Positions 9,406 to 18,392 of a stretch of DNA of 64,000 nucleotides are shown in pieces (the first letter of the stretch is position 1; each line of letters starts with the position of its first letter). Position numbers and translations under genes: made by a program. A model generated the notes under the pieces. That model worked only from the letters and a program-made list of their open reading frames with translations, was not told the origin of the DNA and did not search any database. The stretch comes from Patescibacteria group bacterium (lineage in GTDB: Bacteria > Patescibacteriota > Minisyncoccia > UBA6257 > 2-01-FULL-56-20), in contig JBBTUL010000008.1 of assembly GCA_038063755.1 (NCBI GenBank), positions 17,910-81,909 on the forward strand. Direction: 5' to 3'.

Positions 9406-9951
9406 ATGAGCAGACTTTCAAAAAAACCAATCCAAGTTCCCCAGGGAGTAACCATCGAGTCGCGCGACGGTGCTATTTGCGTAGAAGGACCGAAGGGAAC
9501 CATCTCAATTCCGAATCCCGCAAAGATACGTATCGCGCTTGATGGTCAAGGGGTGATGATATCGAAAGGAGAGGGTTTCGAAACGCTTACGGAAAGTGTT
9601 GGAACGATGTGGTCGCTTGTAAAAAACGCTACGATTGGTGTTTCCGATGGATTTTCGAAAGTTCTCGAGATCGAAGGAGTCGGCTATCGCGCATCTCTTG
9701 AGGGAAAGACGCTTGTTCTTGCGCTTGGGTTCAGTCATCCAATACGTTTCGACTCTCCCGATGGAATCGCGATAACTGCAGAGAAAAACGTTATTACAAT
9801 ATCGGGCGTAAACAAAGAGACGGTTGGACAAGTTGCCGCGAAAATACGAGGATACAAAAAGCCCGAACCCTACAAAGGAAAAGGAATTCGTTACGCAGGA
9901 GAGATTATCAGGCGAAAGGTTGGTAAGAAGGCCGCGACGGCAGGGGCATAA
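9406..9951 (+). CDS. rplF: 50S ribosomal protein L6
   Basis: MSRLSKKPIQVPQGVTIE..., with the uL6 two-domain pattern. The internal Met was chosen as start because the ORF otherwise overlaps the rpsH end. Confidence 0.92.
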   Translation: MSRLSKKPIQVPQGVTIESRDGAICVEGPKGTISIPNPAKIRIALDGQGVMISKGEGFETLTESVGTMWSLVKNATIGVSDGFSKVLEIEGVGYRASLEGKTLVLALGFSHPIRFDSPDGIAITAEKNVITISGVNKETVGQVAAKIRGYKKPEPYKGKGIRYAGEIIRRKVGKKAATAGA

Positions 9952-9956
9952 AAATC

Positions 9957-10316
9957 ATGAATTTCACAAAGTCAGCACAAGAGAGAAAAATAAGAAGAGC
10001 GGCTCGAACACGAGCGAAGATTTTCGGTAGTGCGTTGCGACCGCGGCTTTCCGTGTTTAGAAGCAACAAGTTTATATTTGCTCAGCTCATCGACGACGAG
10101 GCTGGCAAGACACTTCTTTCTGGATCAACGAGAGGTCTTTCGGGGAAGGAAAAAATGAAAAAAGCGGAAGAGGCGTTTGCTCTTGGAGAGCTTGTTGCGA
10201 AGAAAGCAGCCGAAAACGGGATTAAGGAAGCCGTTTTTGACAGGAGATCATATCAGTATCACGGGAGGGTTTCAGCAGTCGCGGATGGAGCCAGAAAGGG
10301 AGGTCTTAAGATATAA
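9957..10316 (+). CDS. rplR: 50S ribosomal protein L18
   Basis: RKIRRAARTRAKI...RPRLSVFRSNKFIFAQLIDD uL18 signature. Confidence 0.93.
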   Translation: MNFTKSAQERKIRRAARTRAKIFGSALRPRLSVFRSNKFIFAQLIDDEAGKTLLSGSTRGLSGKEKMKKAEEAFALGELVAKKAAENGIKEAVFDRRSYQYHGRVSAVADGARKGGLKI

Positions 10317-10327
10317 TCAATAAAACC

Positions 10328-10837
10328 ATGATGAGACCACCAAGCCACGGAAGACGCGATCGAAATATGGACAGAGGACAAGAACGCGACGAATTCAAGG
10401 AGCGTGTTCTTGACCTACGTCGAGTGACGCGCGTGGTGAAAGGGGGAAAGCGTTTTCGTTTCCGTGCCACTGTTGCGATAGGTGATTTTCAGGGGCGAGT
10501 TGGCATTGGGATTGGAAAGGGGCTTGATGTTGCCCAGTCGGTTGGAAAGGCAAGGGCCGATGCGAAAAAGAATATCATAACCATAAAGCTTAAGGACAAA
10601 AGAACCATTTTCCACGAGGTTTCGGCAAAGTATAGCGCGGCTAAGGTTTTGGTAAAACCGGCTTCCGAGGGACACGGACTCAAAGCCGGAGGTGCTCCGC
10701 GTGTTATTTTGAACTTGGCTGGAGTGAAGGATGCAACCGCAAAGTGTCTTTCGCGGACTCCGAATAAACTTACCAACGCGCTCGCGACTATCGAGGCGCT
10801 TAAGAAAATCAAGGCGAAAGAAGAGCCAAAGAATTAA
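10328..10837 (+). CDS. rpsE: 30S ribosomal protein S5
   Basis: ERVLDLRRVTRVVKGGKRFRFRATVAIGD...GLKAGGAPRVILNLAGVKD uS5 signature. Confidence 0.94.
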   Translation: MMRPPSHGRRDRNMDRGQERDEFKERVLDLRRVTRVVKGGKRFRFRATVAIGDFQGRVGIGIGKGLDVAQSVGKARADAKKNIITIKLKDKRTIFHEVSAKYSAAKVLVKPASEGHGLKAGGAPRVILNLAGVKDATAKCLSRTPNKLTNALATIEALKKIKAKEEPKN

Positions 10838-10846
10838 TATATTGTT

Positions 10847-11287
10847 ATGAAACTACACACACTCGGCGCAATCGGGAAGAAATCAAAGATTCGTGTTGGA
10901 CGCGGAGGAAAGCGTGGAACAACGTCTGGAAGAGGAACGAAAGGACAAAAATCTCGATCCGGTCACGTTATTCGTCCGGCAGAGAGAGACCTCATTTTGA
11001 AAATTCCGAAGAAGAGGGGATTCAGAAACAAGCCGAAGAGCGAAAAGGCATTTCCGGTAAACCTCGAGATGATACAGAGAGCCTTCTTAGGGAGGAGCGC
11101 AAGCGGTTCGGTTCAGGTCACCAAGGAGGCGCTTTATGCCGCAAAGGTTCTTTCCCGTCGTCATCGAGGGTCGATCAAGATTCTCGCAAAAGGAGAGATT
11201 AAATTCCCAATCGAGGTAAAGGGGATCCGCGTTTCTCCTGGAGCGGTTCAAAAGATAGAAAAATCGGGCGGAAAAGTTCTTGCTTAG
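10847..11287 (+). CDS. rplO: 50S ribosomal protein L15. It follows S5 directly, with no L30 gene between.
   Basis: MKLHTLGAIGKKSKIRVGRGGKRGTTSGRGTKGQKSRSG uL15 N-terminus; the gap to rpsE is 9 nt. Confidence 0.93.
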   Translation: MKLHTLGAIGKKSKIRVGRGGKRGTTSGRGTKGQKSRSGHVIRPAERDLILKIPKKRGFRNKPKSEKAFPVNLEMIQRAFLGRSASGSVQVTKEALYAAKVLSRRHRGSIKILAKGEIKFPIEVKGIRVSPGAVQKIEKSGGKVLA

Positions 11288-11298
11288 AAATCCAAAGA

Positions 11299-12570
11299 AT
11301 GGACCGATTGCTTCAAATTTTTAAGGTAAAGGATGTCCGGAATAAAGTGCTGGTCGTTTTTGGTCTTCTAGTTTTATACCGGGTACTTGCCGCAGTACCG
11401 ATTCCGGAAGTAGACCCGGCTCGTCTTGCGGCATTTTTCGGATCAAACCAATTCTTTGGCTTCCTTGATCTTTTTTCTGGTGGCGGCCTCTCGAACCTCT
11501 CGCTTGCGATGTTGGGTGTTGGTCCGTATATCACGAGCACCATAATCATGCAGCTTCTCACTATTATATTTCCGAAGCTAAAGGAGATGTATTACGAGAA
11601 CGGAGCTCAAGGAAGAGCTAAATTTAATCAGTACTCGCGAGTACTTACGGTTCCGTTGGCAGTGTTAAACGCATATGGATTTTTGAACCTGCTCGCATCG
11701 CAGGGAGTGATCGATAAGCCGAGCGGGTTAGCGCTTCTCACCAACGTTTCGGTTATCACTGCTGGTTCGATGCTCGCACTGTGGTTTGGAGAGCTCATTA
11801 CTGAGAAAAAGATCGGAAACGGTATTTCGCTAATTATTCTTGCCGGTATCGTAACTGGAATCCCGAACAGCATTCGTTCTGCCGTACTTGCCTACACTCC
11901 GGCGGCCCTACCGACGTATATCGGGTTCACTATTGTCGGACTGCTCCTCATAGCCGGAATTGTTTACTTGAACGAAGGCGAAAGAAGAATTCCGATCGCT
12001 TACGCGCGGCGAATGAGGGGAATGAAGCTTTTCGGCGGTGTTTCGAGCTACTTGCCACTCAAGGTGAATCAGGCGGGTATGATCCCCTTAATTTTTGCGA
12101 TTTCAGTGCTCTTATTCCCGCAATTTATAGCGCAGGCGGCGGCAATCATTTCTCCGGGGCTAAGCTTGCGGATCAATGGCGTTGTCTCGGCATTTTTGAA
12201 TAACCAGCTTATTTATGGGTTGGTTTATTTCATCCTGGTTTTCACGTTTACCTTTTTTTATACTGCAATCACATTCAATCCAGAGGAGATATCGAAGAAC
12301 CTTCAGAGGGGAGGAGGTTTTGTGCCCGGAATACGTCCTGGAGAAGCGACCGGAACGTTCTTCTCGAAAATCATTAACAGGATTACGCTCTCAGGCGCCC
12401 TTTTCTTGAGCTTAATCGCCGTTCTCCCTATTATCATGCAGCGATTTACCGGAGTTTCTGCTTTAAATATCAGCGGTACAGCACTTTTGATCGTTGTTTC
12501 TGTTGCGCTTGAAACAATGCGGCAAGTAAATTCCCAGCTCACCATGAGGGGCTACGAGAGCCTCGAGTAA
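11299..12570 (+). CDS. secY: Preprotein translocase subunit SecY
   Basis: 423 aa, 10-TM pattern; conserved SecY segments (VPIPEVDP, GISLIILAGIV, GTALLIVVSVALETMRQ). Confidence 0.96.
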   Translation: MDRLLQIFKVKDVRNKVLVVFGLLVLYRVLAAVPIPEVDPARLAAFFGSNQFFGFLDLFSGGGLSNLSLAMLGVGPYITSTIIMQLLTIIFPKLKEMYYENGAQGRAKFNQYSRVLTVPLAVLNAYGFLNLLASQGVIDKPSGLALLTNVSVITAGSMLALWFGELITEKKIGNGISLIILAGIVTGIPNSIRSAVLAYTPAALPTYIGFTIVGLLLIAGIVYLNEGERRIPIAYARRMRGMKLFGGVSSYLPLKVNQAGMIPLIFAISVLLFPQFIAQAAAIISPGLSLRINGVVSAFLNNQLIYGLVYFILVFTFTFFYTAITFNPEEISKNLQRGGGFVPGIRPGEATGTFFSKIINRITLSGALFLSLIAVLPIIMQRFTGVSALNISGTALLIVVSVALETMRQVNSQLTMRGYESLE

Positions 12571-12593
12571 GGAAGGTTCCAAAAAAGGCCAAA

Positions 12594-12618
12594 AAACCCA
12601 AGAGGGTTTCTTTTTTTA
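12594..12618 (+). terminator. Rho-independent terminator after secY
   Basis: AAACCC-aaga-GGGTTT hairpin plus CTTTTTTT. Confidence 0.55.
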
Positions 12619-12640
12619 TAAAAGTTGGCATACTTATCAC

Positions 12641-13315
12641 ATGAGAAAAATAGCAATCATCCTATACGGACCGCCAGGCAGTGGAAAGGGGACACAAGCG
12701 AATCTTCTAGTCGACATGCTCGATAATATTGTTCATTTCGATACCGGAAAATTCATCGAATCTACCGTACACGACCCAAAGCAACAGAAAATCGCGACGG
12801 TAAGACGGGAGCGAAAACTGTTTGATGACGGAAAGCTTTGCACTCCGAGCTGGGTGCTTCGCATTGTGCAGCGACAAATTCGAGAGCTTTCGGAGGCAGG
12901 ATTAGGCGTGGTATTCAGTGGATCCCCGAGAACAATGTATGAGGCCGAGGGACTTATTCCGGTTATCGAAAAAGAATACGGAAAAAAGAATATTTTTGTT
13001 TTGAATCTTGACGTTTTGGCAGAACACTCGCTCACGCGTAACTCGAAGAGGCTGGTCTGTAAAATTTGCCGCCGCCCACTTCTTACGGCATATTACCCTT
13101 CAAGTAATCCGAAGCATTGTCCGGTCTGTGGCGGACCGCTCTATCGACGCACGCTTGATACACTAAGCACCATAAAAGTACGACTTGGAGAATATCGAAA
13201 CCGGACCATGCCGATTTTTAAATATTGGAAATCACACGGATACAAGGTAAATAAAATCGACGGCCGTCCGGCTCCGTTCAAGGTACTTGAGCAAATTCGC
13301 AAAGTGGTGAAGTAG
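12641..13315 (+). CDS. adk: Adenylate kinase with a zinc-binding LID
   Basis: P-loop IILYGPPGSGKGTQA; LID CKICRRP...CPVCGG (four Cys). Confidence 0.93.
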   Translation: MRKIAIILYGPPGSGKGTQANLLVDMLDNIVHFDTGKFIESTVHDPKQQKIATVRRERKLFDDGKLCTPSWVLRIVQRQIRELSEAGLGVVFSGSPRTMYEAEGLIPVIEKEYGKKNIFVLNLDVLAEHSLTRNSKRLVCKICRRPLLTAYYPSSNPKHCPVCGGPLYRRTLDTLSTIKVRLGEYRNRTMPIFKYWKSHGYKVNKIDGRPAPFKVLEQIRKVVK

Positions 13316-13320
13316 TCCGC

Positions 13321-14082
13321 ATGATACTTCTAAAAACAAAAGAGGAAATTGAGATCATGCGCGAAGGAGGGCGGCGACTTGCGTTTATATTGAGCGAGCT
13401 TAAAAAAGAAGTTCGTGCAGGCGTAGCCACGATTGAGCTCGACAAAATGGCTCGGGTACTCCTCCGCGACACAGAAACAAAAGCCGCTTTTCTAAACTAC
13501 CGCCCCTCAGGAGCCATCCACGCGTTTCCGGCGGCGCTTTGCACTTCGATAAATGATGCGGTTGTTCATGGAACTCCTGGTGAAGAGGTTCTAAAAGAGG
13601 GAGACTTGGTGAAGCTTGATATGGGACTTATCTACAAAGGATTCTATGTTGATAGCGCGACCACCGTTGGCATCGGGAAAATTTCAAAAGATGCAGAACG
13701 TCTTATGCGAGCGACAAGAGAGTCTCTTGCGGAAGGGATCAAAATGGCAAAGCCGGGAAACACGCTTGGAGATATTGGATGGGCTGTTTCAAGCCGCGTT
13801 TTGCGTGATAAATTCGGCATTGTGCAGGCGCTTACCGGACATGGTATTGGAAAATCACTCCACGAAGATCCGCATGTTTTCAATGTCGGGAGGCGTGATG
13901 GGGGAGAAAAACTCGTCTCCGGCATGGTTCTTGCCATAGAGCCGATGATTGCCCTGGGAGACGGTCGAGTGCGCCAAGACAGGGATGAGAGCTTCCGGAC
14001 CGTAGACGGCTCGCTTACGGCCCATTTCGAGCACACCGTTGCCATAACCGAGCGAGGTCCGCTCATCCTTACCAAGGCGTAG
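13321..14082 (+). CDS. map: Methionine aminopeptidase, type I
   Basis: Pita-bread fold motifs: DAVVHGTP, D..KLDMGL, HGIGKSLHEDP, LAIEPMI, FEHTVAIT. Confidence 0.94.
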   Translation: MILLKTKEEIEIMREGGRRLAFILSELKKEVRAGVATIELDKMARVLLRDTETKAAFLNYRPSGAIHAFPAALCTSINDAVVHGTPGEEVLKEGDLVKLDMGLIYKGFYVDSATTVGIGKISKDAERLMRATRESLAEGIKMAKPGNTLGDIGWAVSSRVLRDKFGIVQALTGHGIGKSLHEDPHVFNVGRRDGGEKLVSGMVLAIEPMIALGDGRVRQDRDESFRTVDGSLTAHFEHTVAITERGPLILTKA

Positions 14083-14364
14083 ATAGGATTGGAAGACTAA
14101 CGCACCTCGCGACTCTTAAGAAGCTCGGTTCGCCTTTTGGCGATCCTTGCGCCGAGCGGCAGGTCTCCGGTGCCGCAGGAGCACCGGAAAACTGGTTTTC
14201 AAAAGTCGTGAGGAAGTCACGTTGACGGTTTTTTTGCTGCATGATAAAAGGAAGCTAGTTCGTTGAGTACGCACGAACGGGCGCGGTCCCGACGCACTCG
14301 GGTAGGGCGAGCTCCGAATATGATTCGGAGAGAGCCATGAGCAGAAAAAAGGAGACCCAACATC

Positions 14365-15210
14365 ATGGGGATCTTAGCGAAGCGCCTGACGGCGCAAACA
14401 AATTCGACAATCGAAGTTCTCGATTCTCTGGGCGTTACGCCAGATGATTGGGACAGGGTGAGAGTAAGCTCGGTAACGGCCCGACGTGTTGCCCGAGCGT
14501 TTACTGGAAAAGACACTCCGTGGAAGATAGACGATGCGATGAGCATCACTCCTCGCGAAAACTTCTTTGGCCCCGAAGAGGTCAGGAGGATTCTTGGGTG
14601 TACAATTGCCGGAAGAGGAATTTATAGCAATATTCCGTACAGCGAGAAGCTTTTGCTTTCTCCATGTCCATTCACGTTGGGAAAAAAAATTTGTGAGACT
14701 CATCTTTTGTGCTTCGCTGGGGAAAGAATCATCGACGGTCATTACCACGATTTATTTACCGCAGCTTCCTTGAACGAGCATTCGGGGCGACTGTCAGGAA
14801 CGTATACGCTAGATTTTAGTTCGGTGTTGCAGGGAATAAGGCAAGATGTCCTGTCAGCTCCGATCTATAGGAATTGGTTTCTCATTTTCGTGGGAGGTAA
14901 CCCTATCGGCGGAAATTTTTCGATGCCTCCGACCTACCGAGGGGCTGCACTCCCAGAGCTGCTAGAATTTTTGATCGTACGCGATGTCCTTTCGGGAGGG
15001 GCGCAACGCGGCGGGAGGTATGTTGCCATGACGGCGACCGTCCTCAACGAAAAATACAAGTTTGGCTCGAATCCGGTTTACATTCCTGTTCGGTGGGAAA
15101 ACGCCTGTCCACCGAGAAGTTGCCAGGCGACCATTACGGTTGGCTCGATGGGTGGCGGACCAAATACCGAAGTTTCTGCATTCGTGCGCACGCCAGATAT
15201 CGAAGCTTAA
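14365..15210 (+). CDS. Hypothetical protein, 281 aa, no recognisable family
   Basis: Long ORF with a moderate upstream AGGAGA Shine-Dalgarno; a terminator follows immediately. Confidence 0.45.
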   Translation: MGILAKRLTAQTNSTIEVLDSLGVTPDDWDRVRVSSVTARRVARAFTGKDTPWKIDDAMSITPRENFFGPEEVRRILGCTIAGRGIYSNIPYSEKLLLSPCPFTLGKKICETHLLCFAGERIIDGHYHDLFTAASLNEHSGRLSGTYTLDFSSVLQGIRQDVLSAPIYRNWFLIFVGGNPIGGNFSMPPTYRGAALPELLEFLIVRDVLSGGAQRGGRYVAMTATVLNEKYKFGSNPVYIPVRWENACPPRSCQATITVGSMGGGPNTEVSAFVRTPDIEA

Positions 15211-15232
15211 CCCGCTAAAGCGGGTTTTTTTA
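15211..15232 (+). terminator. Rho-independent terminator
   Basis: CCCGC-taaa-GCGGG plus TTTTTTT directly after the stop codon. Confidence 0.65.
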
Positions 15233-15246
15233 TGCTATAATAAAGC

Positions 15247-16014
15247 ATGCAAAAAAATACCACCCAAGAGGAACGGCCGTATCTTTCGGTTGTTATTCCT
15301 GCGTACAATGAGGCAAAGCGTCTTCCCAAAACGCTCCTCGATGTGGATAAGCATCTTTCAGCTGCGCCATTTTCGTACGAGATTGTTGTCGTAAACGACG
15401 GATCAAAGGACAACACGGCTGAAGTCACCGAAAAATTCAAATCCACTGTCAAGAATTTAAGACTTATCGATTTTGCGAAAAACAGAGGGAAAGGGGCAGT
15501 TGTGCGTGACGGTATGCTCATGGCGCGAGGGGAATATCGTCTTTTTATGGATGCGGATAACTCAACCTCAGTCGATCATTTTGAAAAGATGATCCCATAT
15601 TTCAAGGATGGGTTCGGGGTGGTAATCTGTTCTCGCGCGCACAGAGAGAGCGTACTTGATCCTGCCGAGCCGTGGTATCGGCAGATTCCAGGGAAGATCG
15701 GAAATCTTATTATCCAAATTCTTGTTCTTCCTGGTTACTGGGATACGCAATGTGGCTTTAAGGCTTTCACCGCCGAAGCCGCAGATCGGGTTTTTAACAT
15801 CATGAAAATCGACCGCTGGGGGTTTGATATTGAAGCGCTCGCGCTTTCAAGAAAGATGCGTTTCAAAATCAAAGAAGTTCCCGTGCACTGGATAAACGAT
15901 ACTGCTTCCCACGTAAGCGCTTCGGCGTACTTAAAAACACTAATTGAAACCCTTAAAATTCGCTTATGGCTTTGGACGGGGAAATACGACCTTTCTCAAA
16001 AAAACGAAAAGTAA
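15247..16014 (+). CDS. Family-2 glycosyltransferase, polyprenyl-phosphate (dolichyl-P) sugar transferase-like
   Basis: LSVVIPAYNE...VVNDGSKDNT...MDADNS GT-A fold motifs (DxD), DPM1-like. Confidence 0.8.
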   Translation: MQKNTTQEERPYLSVVIPAYNEAKRLPKTLLDVDKHLSAAPFSYEIVVVNDGSKDNTAEVTEKFKSTVKNLRLIDFAKNRGKGAVVRDGMLMARGEYRLFMDADNSTSVDHFEKMIPYFKDGFGVVICSRAHRESVLDPAEPWYRQIPGKIGNLIIQILVLPGYWDTQCGFKAFTAEAADRVFNIMKIDRWGFDIEALALSRKMRFKIKEVPVHWINDTASHVSASAYLKTLIETLKIRLWLWTGKYDLSQKNEK

Positions 16015-16024
16015 AATAAAAAGC

Positions 16025-16483
16025 ATGAAACAATATTATCTTTCGCTGGAACGGCATAAAGAGCTAAAAGCAGAACTTGATACGTTAAAGAAGGAGAAGC
16101 GCATTGAGGTTGCCGAGCACCTGAAACGCGCAAAAGAATACGGAGATCTTTCTGAAAACTCCGAATATGCGGAAGCTCGTGAAGAGCAGAGCCGTATTGA
16201 AGGCAGAATTTTCGAGCTAGAAGATCTCATGAAGCACGCAACGATTATCAAGAAGGGAGGCGGAGGAGGCGTTGTTCAGGTTGGTTCAACGGTGACCGTG
16301 AAGAAAAACGGATCGATTTTTACATATGCAATTGTCGGATCAAGTGAGTCTAACCCGGAAGAGAAGAAGGTTTCAAACGAATCTCCAATCGGGAGGGCGC
16401 TTTTAGGGAAAAAAGTCGGGGACAAAGCCAATGTGCAGGCCCCATCGGGAGTTATCGTGTATACCATCACCAAGATTGAGTAA
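16025..16483 (+). CDS. greA: Transcription elongation factor GreA
   Basis: LT.....L..EL..L...R.E....I..A...GDLSENSEY.AA.EEQ coiled-coil signature plus the C-terminal FKBP-like domain. Start set at the internal Met at 16025. Confidence 0.85.
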   Translation: MKQYYLSLERHKELKAELDTLKKEKRIEVAEHLKRAKEYGDLSENSEYAEAREEQSRIEGRIFELEDLMKHATIIKKGGGGGVVQVGSTVTVKKNGSIFTYAIVGSSESNPEEKKVSNESPIGRALLGKKVGDKANVQAPSGVIVYTITKIE

Positions 16484-16486
16484 CCG

Positions 16487-17947
16487 ATGCTCGAGGAAAT
16501 TCGGAACGAACGGTTAAAAAAGAAGAAGCGCCTTGAAGAGGCCGGTGTAAACCCATATTCACCGGTCGCGAAGAGAACACATACCGCGAAAGATGCTCGT
16601 GAAGGATTTACCGTCCTCATCCGCTCTCAGAAGAAAATCAGCCTTGCTGGAAGAGTGGTGGCGGTGAGAGATCAAGGAGGGGTTATCTTTCTTGATCTTG
16701 AAGACGAATCAGGAAGATTTCAAGGAGTTCTCAAGAAGAAGGTTTTGAAAGATTTTTCGCTTATAAAACAGACACTCGATCAGGGTGACTTTGTTGAAGC
16801 GAGTGGAAAAGTTTTCAAAACAAAAAAAGGAGAAAAAAGTCTCGACGTGACTGCCTTTCGTTTCCTTTCGAAAAGCGTGCGTCCACTTCCAAGCGAGTGG
16901 TATGGACTGCAAGATGTCGAGGCTAAGCTTCGTAAGCGTTACATTGATCTCGCATTGAATCCTGAAGTGAGGGAGATGTTTCGAAAGAAAGCGGTATTTT
17001 GGGGAGCGTTTCGCGATATTCTGAAAGAAGAAGGATTTTTGGAAGTTGAACTTCCGGTCCTTGAGGCTGTTCCTGGCGGCGCAGAGGCGGAACCCTTCAC
17101 GACGCATCACAACGCGCTTGATTCCGATTTCTACCTTCGCATTTCCCTCGAGCTTCCGCTTAAAAAGTTAATAGTCGGTGGTTTTGAGAAAGTTTTTGAG
17201 ATCGGGCGCATTTTCAGAAACGAGGGAATCGGCCGTGAACATTTACAAGACTATACGCAGCTAGAATTCTACTGGGCATATCGCGACTACAACGACCTTA
17301 TGAAGTTTGTTGAAAAAACGTACAAGAGAGTGATCAAAAAGACGACCGGCGGGTTCGTAACTTCGTGGAGCGGGAAGAAGATTAATTGGGGAAAGAAATG
17401 GGCTGTGGTGGATTATGTCCCGACATTTAAAAAAGCCACCGGCCTCGACCCCCTAACCGCTTCGCTCGATGATCTTCACAAGAAGGCGAAGGAGTTAAAG
17501 CTTGAGACAGATTCTTCCATGCGCGAGGGTCGCCTTATTGATCTCATTTTCAAGAAAACTGTTCGACAAACACTGGTCCAGCCTTCGTTCTTGATAGACC
17601 CTCCGGCTGCCATAGAGCCGCTCGCCAAGCGTTCACGAAAAGACCCTCGCCGGGTAGAGCGTTTTCAGATCGTTGCCTGTGGTAGCGAGCTTGGGAAGGG
17701 ATTTACGGAACTAAATGACCCCATTGATCAGCGCGAACGCTTTGAAGCTCAGATGAGCCTGAGAGAAGTTGGGGACAAAGAGGCACAACAACTCGACGAG
17801 GACTTCCTAGAGGCGCTTGAGTACGGAATGCCTCCGACAGCCGGCTTTGGCATCTCCGAGCGTCTCTTCGCGATTTTGATGGATAAGCCAATTCGAGAGA
17901 CCGTTGTATTCCCGCTCATGAGGCCGAAAGAAGAGCAGGATTCATGA
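16487..17947 (+). CDS. lysS: Lysine--tRNA ligase, class II
   Basis: N-terminal OB anticodon-binding domain; class-II motifs (FRNEGI..HLQDYT.LEFY, GGFEKVFEIGRIFRNE, C-terminal GFGISERL). Confidence 0.92.
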   Translation: MLEEIRNERLKKKKRLEEAGVNPYSPVAKRTHTAKDAREGFTVLIRSQKKISLAGRVVAVRDQGGVIFLDLEDESGRFQGVLKKKVLKDFSLIKQTLDQGDFVEASGKVFKTKKGEKSLDVTAFRFLSKSVRPLPSEWYGLQDVEAKLRKRYIDLALNPEVREMFRKKAVFWGAFRDILKEEGFLEVELPVLEAVPGGAEAEPFTTHHNALDSDFYLRISLELPLKKLIVGGFEKVFEIGRIFRNEGIGREHLQDYTQLEFYWAYRDYNDLMKFVEKTYKRVIKKTTGGFVTSWSGKKINWGKKWAVVDYVPTFKKATGLDPLTASLDDLHKKAKELKLETDSSMREGRLIDLIFKKTVRQTLVQPSFLIDPPAAIEPLAKRSRKDPRRVERFQIVACGSELGKGFTELNDPIDQRERFEAQMSLREVGDKEAQQLDEDFLEALEYGMPPTAGFGISERLFAILMDKPIRETVVFPLMRPKEEQDS

Positions 17948-18073
17948 GCGAGGCTCGCGCTCTCTACTAAAGCAGCAGGAGGGCCGGCCCCTCATGCGAC
18001 TTCCGTCGCACGGGTCCGAGCGCAGCGCGCTTTAGGACGCTCATGAAGCAGAAGGGATAGTAACGGTTTCATC

Positions 18074-18101
18074 GAAAAGAAAAACCCGCCAGACTGGCGG
18101 G
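18074..18101 (-). terminator. Rho-independent terminator for minus-strand transcription
   Basis: On the minus strand, CCCGCC-agtct-GGCGGG followed by TTTTTCTTTT. Confidence 0.5.
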
Positions 18102-18111
18102 AGTAGTGATG

Positions 18112-18282
18112 TTAGGAATCGTGGCGGTCGTGCCACTCAAGATCAGGACGCGGGAGAACCCGGCGCCCGTCTTCGGGCAAGGGCGTCTCGAAATCATCGG
18201 AATTATCAACGAGATCATCATCAGGCAGACCGAAAAAGACCATTCTCACGAAGTCCTTTACTGGCTCGCGAGCCTCTTCCAT
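18112..18282 (-). CDS. Small acidic hypothetical protein (56 aa) downstream of dnaE
   Basis: Near-perfect Shine-Dalgarno (AAGGAGAAAGGC then ATG); ORF MEEAREPVKDFVRMVFFGLPDDDLVDNSDDFETPLPEDGRRVLPRPDLEWHDRHDS ends just before the minus-strand terminator. Confidence 0.4.
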   Translation of the reverse strand: MEEAREPVKDFVRMVFFGLPDDDLVDNSDDFETPLPEDGRRVLPRPDLEWHDRHDS

Positions 18283-18392
18283 GCCTTTCTCCTTCGTGTG
18301 GGACTACATACACCCTAGATCTGATGTGGCTACTACGTCAAGTTAAGTCCATGCCGCGAGAGCAGGCAATCTTGCTGCTATGTAGATTCCTA

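Noticed and set aside
14083-14364. Possible small RNA (SRP / 4.5S-like) in the 280-nt gap after map, because of the GGTGCCGCAGGAGCACC hairpin.
   Set aside because: I could not find the conserved SRP domain IV motifs or any tRNA-like shape. This is probably just the promoter/UTR of the downstream hypothetical gene, so no call is made.
17948-18073. GC-rich structured stretch after lysS considered as tmRNA, RNase P RNA or 6S RNA.
   Set aside because: No tRNA-like acceptor/T-arm with a GCACCA end, no RNase P P4 consensus, and no 6S central-bubble architecture was recognisable by eye.
18106-18318. Plus-strand 70-aa ORF in the lysS-dnaE spacer.
   Set aside because: It has no Shine-Dalgarno. It is antisense to a minus-strand 56-aa ORF that has a perfect Shine-Dalgarno and a terminator, so the minus-strand gene is the better model.
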